A stretch of 51,364 nucleotides of DNA from Niallia sp. (GCA_035556015.1 DATMFU010000175.1:1-51364); one strand, 5' to 3'. Numbered from the stretch's first letter, positions 1 to 9,561 are shown. A program made the numbers and translations. The notes: generated by a model from the letters alone, not told the origin.

Positions 1-2
1 TA

Positions 3-494
3 GCCCATCACGACGTACTAACAGGACTATATAATCGTACTTATTTTGAAGAAGAAGTAAAACGGAAGTTGGCACAGTCCAGAAAAAAAGAGGCTGCATT
101 AATGATATGTGATTTAAACTTTTTTAAAGAAATCAATGATGTATACGGTCATTTAACAGGAGATAATGTGCTAATTTTCACAGCAAATTGCTTGCGTGAA
201 AATTTACCAAATCCTCACATATTAGCACGTTTAGGTGGCGATGAATTTATTATGTTTTTTGAGCAAATTGAATCAAAGGAGAAGTTTATAAAGGAAATAA
301 ATGAGGTACGATATGTATTCCAGGAGAACTTGTATAAGCGAGACGGAATCGAAATTGAAGTTGTACCAAGTATTGGCATTGCCTTTGTTGAAGAAGATGG
401 TATAGATTATGAACATCTCTATCATACTTGCGATACGCATATGTATAAGGATAAAAAGAATATAAAAGAACAGTATTTGATGAAAGAAATGTAA
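3..494 (+). CDS. GGDEF diguanylate cyclase, 5'-truncated by window edge
   Basis: Frame is open from position 3 (AHHDVLTGLYNRTYF, a typical DxLTGLxNR GGDEF start), then DLNFFKEINDVYGHLTGD and ARLGGDEF. Confidence 0.93.
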   Translation, partial: AHHDVLTGLYNRTYFEEEVKRKLAQSRKKEAALMICDLNFFKEINDVYGHLTGDNVLIFTANCLRENLPNPHILARLGGDEFIMFFEQIESKEKFIKEINEVRYVFQENLYKRDGIEIEVVPSIGIAFVEEDGIDYEHLYHTCDTHMYKDKKNIKEQYLMKEM

Positions 495-656
495 ATGAAT
501 AAAAAATCCTATGTTGAGTGAAACACTACCACTAGATTATCTACTAATTTAAAAGAGGATTAAAAACGATCATTTTACATTGGGAGGAAAAGTTATTCTT
601 ACTCCTATTATAAGTAAAACAAAGTTACATAGTTTATTTAACCTTTTTAAGAAAAT

Positions 657-699
657 AAGCCCAATATTCTGTTTTATTCTAAGCAGAATGTTGGGCTTT
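657..699 (+). terminator. Stem-loop, probable intrinsic terminator
   Basis: AAGCCCAATATTCTG ... CAGAATGTTGGGCTT inverted repeat downstream of the DGC; U-tract is weak. Confidence 0.5.
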
Positions 700-801
700 G
701 GGTAATATTTTTTGTATTAATTGTTTGAGTTTTTTATAGGAGGAGATAATTAAGTAGAATAGAACTTTTAATATAATAAGCCTATCTTTAAGGAGGTTCT
801 A

Positions 802-1689
802 ATGCAAAAGATAGTTCCACATTTATGGTATGACAATGAGGCAAAAGAAGCAGCATCTTTTTATGTAAGTTTGTTTGATGATTCGAAAATATTGAATGTC
901 AACGTATTTGAAAATAATCCATCTGGAGATTCAGAATTAGTTAGTTTCGAATTGGCTGGGCAGCAATTTCAAGCTATTAGTGCAGGACCATACTTCAAGC
1001 TTAATTCCTCTATTTCTTTGATGGTAGCATGTGAGTCTGTAGAAGAAGTAAATGTCAAATGGAAGGCTTTATCAGAAGGCGGTACGGAATTAATGCCCTT
1101 AGGTGAATATCCTTTTAATAAGTATTATGGATGGATACAAGATCGATATGGGTTATCCTGGCAGCTGATGCTTATAGAGAATAACCAGACAGCTCAAAAG
1201 ATTACACCCAACTTACTTTTCTCAGGTGATTCGTGTGGGAAGACGGAGGAAGCAATAGTGTTCTACACAGAGAAATTTGCTGACTCTGGAATAGAGTTTA
1301 TCAGTAAGTATGGGCAGGGTGAAGCGGAGACATCAAAAGCAAAGATAAATTATGCTGCTTTTAAGCTTGATGGCATAAATTTTGCGGCAATGGACAATGG
1401 AATGGATGTTGATTTCAATTTTAATGAGGCATTTTCCTTCATTGTAAACTGTAAAGATCAGAATGAGATTGATTACTTCTGGGATAGACTTTCAAGCGTA
1501 CCTGAAGCAGAACAATGCGGATGGGTGAAGGATAAATATGGAGTCTCATGGCAGATAGTCCCGGATAATATAGATGAGTTTATGAGTAATGGTTCAAAAG
1601 ATGAAATCCAAAAAGTTCAACAAGCGCTTTTAAAAATGAAAAAAATAGATATCAATGCTTTGGACAAGGCTCGTTTTGAAAATGGATAA
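802..1689 (+). CDS. Two-domain VOC/PhnB-like (3-demethylubiquinone-9 3-methyltransferase family) protein
   Basis: Duplicated module KIVPHLWYD/KITPNLLFS ... GWIQDRYGLSWQL / CGWVKDKYGVSWQI; AAGGAGG RBS. Confidence 0.85.
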   Translation: MQKIVPHLWYDNEAKEAASFYVSLFDDSKILNVNVFENNPSGDSELVSFELAGQQFQAISAGPYFKLNSSISLMVACESVEEVNVKWKALSEGGTELMPLGEYPFNKYYGWIQDRYGLSWQLMLIENNQTAQKITPNLLFSGDSCGKTEEAIVFYTEKFADSGIEFISKYGQGEAETSKAKINYAAFKLDGINFAAMDNGMDVDFNFNEAFSFIVNCKDQNEIDYFWDRLSSVPEAEQCGWVKDKYGVSWQIVPDNIDEFMSNGSKDEIQKVQQALLKMKKIDINALDKARFENG

Positions 1690-1822
1690 AGGTCCATTTT
1701 AATGCCCAACTTATATATCATCTCAGTAAGGAATTAAGACTTTGATGAGTACACAAGTTATAAGGTATAAGTTAATGTGATAAGCCGTATCACAAGTAAT
1801 CAAGTTTTATAGAAATAGGAAC

Positions 1823-1865
1823 AAAAAAGAGGTATCTCAATCGATAATGAGACACCTCTTTATTT
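1823..1865. terminator. Bidirectional intrinsic terminator
   Basis: AAAAAAGAGGTATCTCA...TGAGACACCTCTTTATTT between convergent genes. Confidence 0.75.
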
Positions 1866-1925
1866 GTCATGAAATACATACTTATCCTTAAATAAGGTTT
1901 TTCAAATTAGTAAATCATTTTGACT

Positions 1926-3110
1926 TCAACGTATAACTTCATTGCACTCTTCCATTTGGCTTCGAAAAACACCATTTCGTCCATTGCTTTTAGCTTTGTA
2001 AAGAGCATTATCGCAAGTTGTATAAAGCATTTCTAATTTAGTAGATGGATTTGGAGTGATAGTGATAATGCCAATACTAATTGTATATGTCACCTGTAGA
2101 TTGAAACTACTATCACTATTTAGCGATTGTTTTATTCGCTCCATCATCTTATTCGATTCGGCTACATCTTTCTCCGGCATCAAGATTCCAAATTCATCTC
2201 CACCATAACGACCAAACAAGTCATCTTCGTCTAACTGTTGCTTAATCTTCAAAGTAAGGTCTTGAAGCACTAGGTCCCCCATATGATGCCCAAAAGTATC
2301 GTTAATTTCTTTAAAATTATCAATATCAAAGAGGATATAGGATAGGGGTTGTTCCTTTTTAGCATAATGGCTGAGATATTGTTTCGCATTATCTGTAAAG
2401 GTTCTACGATTTAGTGTGCCTGTTAAATCATCATAACTAGCAAAATGAATTAACGCTTGATCTACCTTTTCTTTCTTTAACAGGATAAATCCTATACTTC
2501 CTAGGTTCGTAAAAATAAAAATAGATAGTAAGGAAATCAGTTGATAGGATCCTGGAGTATAATAACTTGTCGAAAAGGTAGATGAAGTTAGTGAAACGAT
2601 ACCCCTGAATAAAAAGGCAACTACGGCAAGAAGGTACATAATGCCGATGATTCTCATAAGTGGAGTGAGAGCTTTTCCAAAAACTATTCGATAAGCCTGT
2701 AAATAAATGGCTGCAGTAACAAAGGAAAAATATGCAATTCGGACGTTCTCTTTGTTATAAAAAATGAGTATAAGTTGAAATCCAATAATACTGAGTAGAG
2801 TCAAAACAAAAAATATCCTCTTTTTCTTTGCATGTAACTCATCTTTTAAGTTTAATAGTGCAATTATTTCTAAAGTATACGAGATAAATAGTAGTGAGTT
2901 AGCAAAAGAAATGGATAGAAAATCAAAATTTCCACCACGAAAGACCATACAAAACCATGCTATAGTCTGTGTGCATTTTGCTAAGAAAAAAGTATTAGCC
3001 GTTAATTTCTTTATATGTTTATATTCATAAGCAATAATAAGGAATAAAGTAAATAAATAGCCTATGCCGAGTAATAGAATGATTACTCTTGTATCTAAAG
3101 GTAAATTCAT
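1926..3110 (-). CDS. Membrane-bound GGDEF diguanylate cyclase
   Basis: About 6-7 hydrophobic N-terminal segments, then DDLTGTLNRR, FDIDNFKEINDTFGH and GRYGGDEF. Confidence 0.93.
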   Translation of the reverse strand: MNLPLDTRVIILLLGIGYLFTLFLIIAYEYKHIKKLTANTFFLAKCTQTIAWFCMVFRGGNFDFLSISFANSLLFISYTLEIIALLNLKDELHAKKKRIFFVLTLLSIIGFQLILIFYNKENVRIAYFSFVTAAIYLQAYRIVFGKALTPLMRIIGIMYLLAVVAFLFRGIVSLTSSTFSTSYYTPGSYQLISLLSIFIFTNLGSIGFILLKKEKVDQALIHFASYDDLTGTLNRRTFTDNAKQYLSHYAKKEQPLSYILFDIDNFKEINDTFGHHMGDLVLQDLTLKIKQQLDEDDLFGRYGGDEFGILMPEKDVAESNKMMERIKQSLNSDSSFNLQVTYTISIGIITITPNPSTKLEMLYTTCDNALYKAKSNGRNGVFRSQMEECNEVIR

Positions 3111-3350
3111 TATAACACCTGTTATGAGTAAGTTTTACTGATTATATCATAAGTAGGGGGCTATTTATACTATATATACTCCTGCTTTAGGAGTTTTACG
3201 TAGCGCCAATATACCATAAGATTATTATCAATATTCTAACTAATCAAAATCTGTTTAATAAAGGCACATAATAGAAAAGGGTAATTTAAAATGTTAAAGT
3301 AAGGAAAGAGTATGTAATGATATAATAAGCAATAAAACTTGGAGGCAAAC

Positions 3351-3824
3351 ATGTTATCATTTGAAGAAAAACTAAAAGTTATCGAGTCCTTTCCACAATT
3401 GGAAAGAAAAGATGTTTCATTAAAACGCGTCAATTTTCATTTTGTGGAAAGTGGAAGTGACAAAAAGAATGTAGTATATCACTTACACCCAAATGGAAAT
3501 GGGTTTGTATATGCAGAAAAACTAAAAGAGTACGATACAGACCATAAAGGGTTGGTGAATATTCGAGATTTTTCAAAGGAAGAACTAAGAGAAATTATTG
3601 AGAAGTCCATCCAATCATTAACACCTAATACAGTAGAAGAAGAGACAGTTGTTAGTGAATCAGTGGAAGAAGAGGAATGGATGGATTCTGAAAATAATAA
3701 GCTTCTACTTCTTCAAGAAGAGGGATTTTGGAATATATATGCTGGGGTAAATTTAGAAAATAGTTTTTCGAGCTATGAAGAAGCATGTGAATACTTAAAA
3801 GAAGAAGGATTTAAAAGATCTTAA
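3351..3824 (+). CDS. Hypothetical protein, acidic C-terminal half
   Basis: GGAGG at 3341-3345 before ATG 3351 (preferred to TTG 3339); terminator follows. Confidence 0.8.
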   Translation: MLSFEEKLKVIESFPQLERKDVSLKRVNFHFVESGSDKKNVVYHLHPNGNGFVYAEKLKEYDTDHKGLVNIRDFSKEELREIIEKSIQSLTPNTVEEETVVSESVEEEEWMDSENNKLLLLQEEGFWNIYAGVNLENSFSSYEEACEYLKEEGFKRS

Positions 3825-3895
3825 TTATCTATTCGTTCCTTTCTAAAAGAAAGTGGGCTTTAAAGTAAATATATTTATAAGTAGAAAACAAGATA

Positions 3896-3931
3896 GCCAT
3901 ACTCATTATTAAGAGTATGGCATTTTATTTT
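3896..3931 (+). terminator. Intrinsic terminator
   Basis: GCCATACTC-N8-GAGTATGGC followed by ATTTTATTTT. Confidence 0.7.
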
Positions 3932-4002
3932 ATGAAAAAAATGGAATACTGCAAGGCTTATCCAAGAAAAAGGAGGAAAAGAACCTGAGAAAAAGTAGTT
4001 TA

Positions 4003-4941
4003 GTGCCACAAACTTATTTATATATATTCAACTATCCGGAAGAGGAAGAGGATTTATGTAAACTTGAAGTTCATTCGATGTTTCGCTCAAACTTACCTAC
4101 ATTTGTATTAGAGAGTAGCATTAATAGAGACCCAAGTAGGAGTCCTTTTATAAAAGAGAAAATAGATGTTTTATTTACCGGTGATACATTGGAAGACTTA
4201 CTAAAAAATATACGGAAAATGCCTTCAGTGAATGGTACATATAAGGTAATCGGAATTAATTATCGAGATATAAATCATCTAGATAAAATGGGATTTCAAG
4301 AACGAAAAGAGATTGCTAGACAAATTGGATGTTTGATTCCAGGTGAGGCAAATCTTCAACATCCTGAAGTAGTATTTGCAGTTACCAAGGTAAAAGGTAA
4401 GTGGTTTTTTGGGTACCATTCGGAAAATCAAGGCTTATGGTTAAAACATCAACAAAAGCCTCATAACTACTCAACTGCATTACCTACACGAGTGGCAAGA
4501 GCACTCGTGAATATTGCAGTTCCAGAATTAACAGGAATTAAAGTAATTGATCCATGCTGTGGTATCGGTACTGTATTAGTGGAGGCCCTATCTATGGGAA
4601 TAGATATTACAGGTAGTGATTACAATCCTTTAGTAATGAAAGGAATTCGAGAAAATCTCAAGCATTTTGGATTATCTGGGTCTGTATTCTTAAGAGATAT
4701 TAGAGACATAGAAGAAATGTATGATGTAGCAATTGTAGACATGCCCTATAACCTTTGTTCCGTTGTTTCAGAACAGGAAAAAACTGAAATGCTTCAGTGT
4801 GCGCGTCGCTTTGCTAAAAAAATGGTCATTGTAACGACAGAAAATATAGATGGAATACTTAATAAAGTGGGCTTCGAAATTGTAAATCGATGTGATGTTC
4901 CAAAGGGAAATTTTATACGCCAGATCCTTGTTTGTAATTAA
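4003..4941 (+). CDS. TRM11-like SAM-dependent (RNA) methyltransferase
   Basis: Motif I VIDPCCGIGT, motif IV-like IVDMPYN, THUMP-like N-terminal half; real start may be in-frame CTG 3985. Confidence 0.85.
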   Translation: MPQTYLYIFNYPEEEEDLCKLEVHSMFRSNLPTFVLESSINRDPSRSPFIKEKIDVLFTGDTLEDLLKNIRKMPSVNGTYKVIGINYRDINHLDKMGFQERKEIARQIGCLIPGEANLQHPEVVFAVTKVKGKWFFGYHSENQGLWLKHQQKPHNYSTALPTRVARALVNIAVPELTGIKVIDPCCGIGTVLVEALSMGIDITGSDYNPLVMKGIRENLKHFGLSGSVFLRDIRDIEEMYDVAIVDMPYNLCSVVSEQEKTEMLQCARRFAKKMVIVTTENIDGILNKVGFEIVNRCDVPKGNFIRQILVCN

Positions 4942-5067
4942 TACATGGGCATCGAGGTATGGACTAACTTTTTATAATTGGTCTTTGTTCATCGAAAAGC
5001 AGATTTTTAGAAATAAATTAGTAGATTCTTTACTAGGATATCAAATATAAAAATAATTTCATAATAA

Positions 5068-5185
5068 AAGGAATTTACAGTTGAGACACCAATTCCTTAA
5101 TGGAAATTTTAGGAGCACATCCTGTTATGTTATGTGAAACCCTTGAATTGGTGTCTTTAGTAACTATTTAATGAATAAATTCCTT
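5068..5185. repeat. Nested inverted repeats (12-bp AGACACCAATTC/GAATTGGTGTCT inside 10-bp AAGGAATTTA/TAAATTCCTT)
   Basis: Perfect IR 5084-5095 / 5145-5156 and outer IR 5068-5077 / 5176-5185, read directly. Confidence 0.7.
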
Positions 5186-5269
5186 GATTGGGTTGTGGTA
5201 ACCACGTGGTGGTACTTTATCGACATTTTTGCCGATGGTAATCATCATAACTGATTCAAAATTGTAGAT
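5168..5269 (-). pseudogene. C-terminal relic of a nitroreductase-family gene
   Basis: Minus-strand translation IYNFESVMMITIGKNVDKVPPRGYHNPIKEFIH* resembles the Bacillus nitroreductase C-terminus (V-M-M-I-T-I-G-K...P-R-G-Y-R-K-P...E-F); in-frame stop directly upstream. Confidence 0.65.
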
Positions 5270-5342
5270 TTACCTTCTTTTTTTAAATCCGCCCCTTTAT
5301 TCGAAGCAATCTCCCTAACTAAAATAGTTTAATAGGAACATA

Positions 5343-5380
5343 TTTACATCAAATTAGTAATTACTTAATGATTTTTAATA
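5343..5380 (+). promoter_or_regulatory. Putative PhoP boxes upstream of alkaline phosphatase
   Basis: TTTACA 5343, ATTAGT 5353, CTTAAT 5364, TTTAAT 5374: TT(A/T/C)ACA-like hexamers at 10-11 bp period; AT-rich background lowers certainty. Confidence 0.5.
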
Positions 5381-5463
5381 TTCTTATAATATTAAATCTA
5401 CGATTAACCCTTAAACTTAAATAGAATTCCAAATTAACTATTATTTAGGGGGAGATTTCACTA

Positions 5464-7122
5464 ATGGGGAACAAGAAAAAATGGTTATCCTATGCACTTG
5501 CCGGAGCAGTTACTCTATCATCGCTTACTGTTATGCAATTCAATTCTAAGGTTGAAGCATCAAAACAAAAGAAAAAGTCACCAACTAATGTCATTATGTT
5601 AATTATGGATGGTTCTAGTAACAACACTGTATCTTTAGCTCGTTGGTACAAAGGAAATAGTTTAGCAATGGATGAAATTTTGACAGGTGCTGTTAAAACC
5701 TACTCAGCAGAATCGGCTATTACAGACTCTGCTCCAGCTGGAACTGCATTAGCAACTGGTCATAAATCAAATAGTGGTTATGTAGGTGTGCTACCCTCTA
5801 AAGTTGACATGCCTGGAGTTGAAGAAAATCCAACTAATGCATTTACGCCAGTTGCAAATGTCCTAGAAGGAGCCAAACAACTTGGTAAAGCAACTGGTAT
5901 CGTTGCTACTTCTGAAATTCAACATGCTACACCAGCAGGTTTCTCTTCTCACGTAACGTCCCGTAGTAACTATGATGATATAGGAGAACAACAAGTATAT
6001 CAAAATATAGATGTAATTCTTGGTGGAGGATATGATTACTTAAAATCGGCAAATCGTAAAGATGGAGAGGATCTTGTTAGCATTATTAAAAATAAGGGAT
6101 TTGACCTTGTAAAAACTCGGGATAAGTTATTAAAATCTAATTCCAATAAAATTTATGGAAGTTTTGCAAGTAGTTCTTTAGCTTATGATTTTGATCGGTC
6201 TAAAATTAAGGTAGAAGAACCTACATTAGCAGAAATGACTTCAAAAGCAATAAAAACTTTAAGCAAAGATAAAGATGGCTTCTTCTTGATGGTTGAAGGT
6301 AGTAAAGTAGACTGGGCAGCTCATGCAAATGATCCAATTGGAATGATTACTGATGTTTTAGCCTTCGATGATGCAGTTAATGAAGCATTAAAATTTGCTA
6401 AAAAGGATAAAAATACGATGGTTATTGCCATAACAGACCATGGAAATAGTGGAATTACAATCGGTAATGACAATACAACTTCAACATATGATAAAATCAA
6501 TATTTCTAATTACATTAGTCCTTTAAAGAAAGCAAAAATGACTGTTGAAGGGGCACTTAGCCAGTTAAAATCAAATCGTTCTAACTTAGTAGAAGTAGCA
6601 AAATTATATGGACTAGATAGTTTAACTGCGGAGGAAAATGCTACTCTTAATTCCACTGCAACGAATAAACTCTCTAGTGCATTCGTAAAACTTTTATCCG
6701 AACGTGCTGATTTAGGTTTTACAACGGGTGGACATACTGGTGATGATGTTTTCTTATATTCCTACGGGCCAAATCAAATTACTGGGCTTGTTGATAATAC
6801 GGATTTGGCGAAAGAAATGGCTAGCTTCATGGGGATTAAATTAGATAATTTAACTAAAGATCTTTATAGGAATGCAGAAGTGGCTCTGAAAGCAAAAGGC
6901 TATACGACGTCAATAGATCTTTCCGATAAGGAAAATGCCGTTCTTTTAGTAAAGGGAGGGACATCTACTTATGAAATTCCTGAAAATAAAAATATAATTA
7001 TTCGTAAAACTAAGAATAAAAAAGGGAAAGTGACATCAAGTGAAAGCCAGACTAATACAATTAGCGTGTACAATGGTACGAACTTCTATATTTCAAAAGA
7101 AATGATAAAACTTATTAAATAA
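5464..7122 (+). CDS. phoA: Secreted alkaline phosphatase (PhoA/PhoB family) with C-terminal extension
   Basis: Signal peptide; NVIMLIMDG, catalytic TDSAPAGTA, HATPAGF, FFLMVEGSKVDWAAHAND, TDHGN, GHTGDDV. Confidence 0.95.
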   Translation: MGNKKKWLSYALAGAVTLSSLTVMQFNSKVEASKQKKKSPTNVIMLIMDGSSNNTVSLARWYKGNSLAMDEILTGAVKTYSAESAITDSAPAGTALATGHKSNSGYVGVLPSKVDMPGVEENPTNAFTPVANVLEGAKQLGKATGIVATSEIQHATPAGFSSHVTSRSNYDDIGEQQVYQNIDVILGGGYDYLKSANRKDGEDLVSIIKNKGFDLVKTRDKLLKSNSNKIYGSFASSSLAYDFDRSKIKVEEPTLAEMTSKAIKTLSKDKDGFFLMVEGSKVDWAAHANDPIGMITDVLAFDDAVNEALKFAKKDKNTMVIAITDHGNSGITIGNDNTTSTYDKINISNYISPLKKAKMTVEGALSQLKSNRSNLVEVAKLYGLDSLTAEENATLNSTATNKLSSAFVKLLSERADLGFTTGGHTGDDVFLYSYGPNQITGLVDNTDLAKEMASFMGIKLDNLTKDLYRNAEVALKAKGYTTSIDLSDKENAVLLVKGGTSTYEIPENKNIIIRKTKNKKGKVTSSESQTNTISVYNGTNFYISKEMIKLIK

Positions 7123-7182
7123 AATCTATTTAAAAATATATGTCTAGTAGTAACAAATAAAGGGTAGCTACTCTATTAAACT

Positions 7183-7220
7183 AGTGTCAGGAACATAAAG
7201 ATTCCTGACACTTTTTGTTT
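7183..7220 (+). terminator. Intrinsic terminator
   Basis: AGTGTCAGGAA-N8-TTCCTGACACT followed by TTTTGTTT. Confidence 0.85.
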
Positions 7221-7241
7221 TATCAAAGGCAAATAGGGTAT
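7217..7241 (+). promoter_or_regulatory. SigB-like promoter
   Basis: GTTTTA (7217)-N13-GGGTAT (7236) matches the SigB consensus GTTTAA-N12-14-GGGWAW. Confidence 0.45.
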
Positions 7242-7317
7242 ATGACTTCCATAAGCAAGTTATTTAGTTAAGAAAAATTGTGGAAATAAATGAGAGGGAA
7301 AAGGATGGATAGTTAAT

Positions 7318-8100
7318 ATGTTATCGAAAAAAAAGTTAATACTGTTAATCAGTTTAATCGCGGTCTACCTTTTATCTGCTTGTGCTGAAAAGGAGAAGCT
7401 TCCCGATGGATCTGAGTTGATAAATAAAAATCAATTTATTTTTGCGGCTTCTGGAGAGTTTAAGCCATTTAGTTATATAAATGATGATTTAACTATGTCA
7501 GGGTTTGATATTGAAGTTGGGGAAGCTATTGCAAAAGAATTAGGACTTGAACCAGTTCAGAAGCGGATTAAATTTAAAGGGATTGTAGAAGGGGTAAAAA
7601 CAGGTCGTGCTGATGTAGCTGTTGCTAGTCATACAATTAATCCGCAGCGAAGTAAACATGTATCCTTTAGTACACCTTACTACTATTCTGGACCACAAAT
7701 ATTTACTAGACCAGATAGTAAAATTAAGACAGTTAAAGATTTAAAAGGAAAAGAAGTAGCAGTAGCAAAAGGTTCTACATATGCGGATACTGCTTCTAAA
7801 TATACCGATAAGATAAAAACATATGACAGTGATATTACCGCATTACAAGCGTTAAGCAGCGGTCGTCATGATGCAGTAATTACCGATTTTGTTACAGGGA
7901 AAAGTGCTGCACAAGAAGGATTTAAGATTAAAGGAAAGCAGCTAATTGAGCGCAGTGAACAAGCGATTGTGTTGCCCCAAGATAATCCAAAACTATTAAA
8001 GCGAGTAAATGAATCGCTGGAAAAGCTTCGAGAAGATGGAACACTATCTCGTATTAGTAACAAATATTTTGGTGAGGACATTACCAGTAAACCAGAATAA
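7318..8100 (+). CDS. Polar amino-acid ABC transporter substrate-binding lipoprotein (TcyA/YckB-like)
   Basis: Lipobox LSAC; FKPFSY, GFDIEVG, FSTPYYYSG. Confidence 0.92.
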   Translation: MLSKKKLILLISLIAVYLLSACAEKEKLPDGSELINKNQFIFAASGEFKPFSYINDDLTMSGFDIEVGEAIAKELGLEPVQKRIKFKGIVEGVKTGRADVAVASHTINPQRSKHVSFSTPYYYSGPQIFTRPDSKIKTVKDLKGKEVAVAKGSTYADTASKYTDKIKTYDSDITALQALSSGRHDAVITDFVTGKSAAQEGFKIKGKQLIERSEQAIVLPQDNPKLLKRVNESLEKLREDGTLSRISNKYFGEDITSKPE

Positions 8101-8132
8101 ATCAATATTAAGAAAAGAAAGGAAGTATTAAA

Positions 8133-8798
8133 TTGCCAAGTTTTTCGCACTTTTTTCAAATATTAACGGAAACAAAAGGGGTATTTTTAAAGGCAATGCT
8201 TTTAACATTGGAGCTGACTGCTGTTTCTATCTTACTAGGAATAGTCATCGGACTTGTCTTTGCCTTATTAAAAATTTCTAAAGTAAAGGTATTAGAAGTT
8301 ATTTCAGATGCATATGTATATCTAGTTCGTGGAACACCGCTGATTGTTCAAATATTTATTCTGTACTTTGGTATTAGTGGAATTTTCCTACTTCCTGATT
8401 TTTGGGCTGCTTCACTAGCCTTAGCGTTACATAATGGAGCATATATCTCCGAAATTCTCCGAGGATCTATTCAGTCAGTCGACAATGGTCAACTTGAAGC
8501 AGGACGTTCTTTGGGAATGACAAAGGTACTAACATTAAGAAGAATCATCCTTCCTCAGGCATTCCGACGAGCACTTCCACCTTTAGGTAATCAATTTATC
8601 ATAAGTTTAAAAGACTCTTCATTAGCTGCATTTATTTCTATGAATGAGTTGTTCAATGTTGCGACAACACTAGGATCGAATAATTTTGATGAAATGACTT
8701 ATTTACTTATTGTAGCAGTCTACTATTTATTACTAGTGGCACTATTAACATTTGTAGTGAACCGATTTGAACAGAAATTAGCAGTAAGTGACAGATAG
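8133..8798 (+). CDS. Polar amino-acid ABC permease
   Basis: RGTPLIVQ, AYISEILRGSI, GQLEAGRSLG (EAA loop), KDSSL. Confidence 0.93.
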   Translation: MPSFSHFFQILTETKGVFLKAMLLTLELTAVSILLGIVIGLVFALLKISKVKVLEVISDAYVYLVRGTPLIVQIFILYFGISGIFLLPDFWAASLALALHNGAYISEILRGSIQSVDNGQLEAGRSLGMTKVLTLRRIILPQAFRRALPPLGNQFIISLKDSSLAAFISMNELFNVATTLGSNNFDEMTYLLIVAVYYLLLVALLTFVVNRFEQKLAVSDR

Positions 8799-8810
8799 GG
8801 AGCGGAAAAA

Positions 8811-9554
8811 ATGGATAAGAAAGAAATGATTAAAATAAACGATCTGAATAAGTCATTTGGAGACTTACATGTATTAAAGGATATCAATATGAAAGTTTTT
8901 GAGAGTGATGTTGTTTGTTTAATCGGATCAAGTGGATCAGGAAAGAGTACCCTTCTTCGCTGTTTGAATTTTTTAGAAAAGAAGGATAATGGTACGATTA
9001 TTATCGAAGGAAAAGAAGTCGATCCACGTAAGGACAACCTTAATAAGATTAGAGAAAAGGTAGGAATGGTATTTCAAAACTTTAACCTTTTCCCCCATAA
9101 AACGGTGTTGGAAAATATTATTGAGGCGCCTATGATGGTAAAGGGTATGAAAAAAGAGAAGGCTATTTCCAAAGCAAAACAATTACTGATTAAAGTAGGT
9201 TTAGAGGATAAGGCTGATGTTTATCCTAGTAAACTATCAGGTGGACAAAAACAGCGTGTTGCAATTGCTAGGGCGCTAGCGATGGAACCTGATATTATGC
9301 TGTTTGATGAACCAACTTCTGCACTTGATCCTGAACTTGTTGGAGAAGTTTTAACAACCATGAAAGATTTAGCAGAAGAGGGAATGACAATGGTCGTTGT
9401 AACACATGAAATGGGATTTGCTAAAGAGGTTGCAGATTGGATTGTGTATATGCACGATGGAAAAATTGTTGAACGCGGTACACCAGAGCAATTTTTCAAC
9501 CATCCAACAGAAGAAAGAACAAGAGAATTCTTAAAAGCTACAATGCTCAAATAA
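8811..9554 (+). CDS. Polar amino-acid ABC ATPase (GlnQ family)
   Basis: [36 protein letters not shown]. Confidence 0.95.
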   Translation: MDKKEMIKINDLNKSFGDLHVLKDINMKVFESDVVCLIGSSGSGKSTLLRCLNFLEKKDNGTIIIEGKEVDPRKDNLNKIREKVGMVFQNFNLFPHKTVLENIIEAPMMVKGMKKEKAISKAKQLLIKVGLEDKADVYPSKLSGGQKQRVAIARALAMEPDIMLFDEPTSALDPELVGEVLTTMKDLAEEGMTMVVVTHEMGFAKEVADWIVYMHDGKIVERGTPEQFFNHPTEERTREFLKATMLK

Positions 9555-9561
9555 ATAGAAG

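Noticed and set aside
3236-3433. 65-aa minus-strand ORF
   Set aside because: Overlaps the plus-strand gene and its AT-rich promoter region; no support.
4941-4967. IHGHRGMD*, reminiscent of the GHRG motif of glycerophosphodiester phosphodiesterases
   Set aside because: Only 8 codons, so a chance match is likely.
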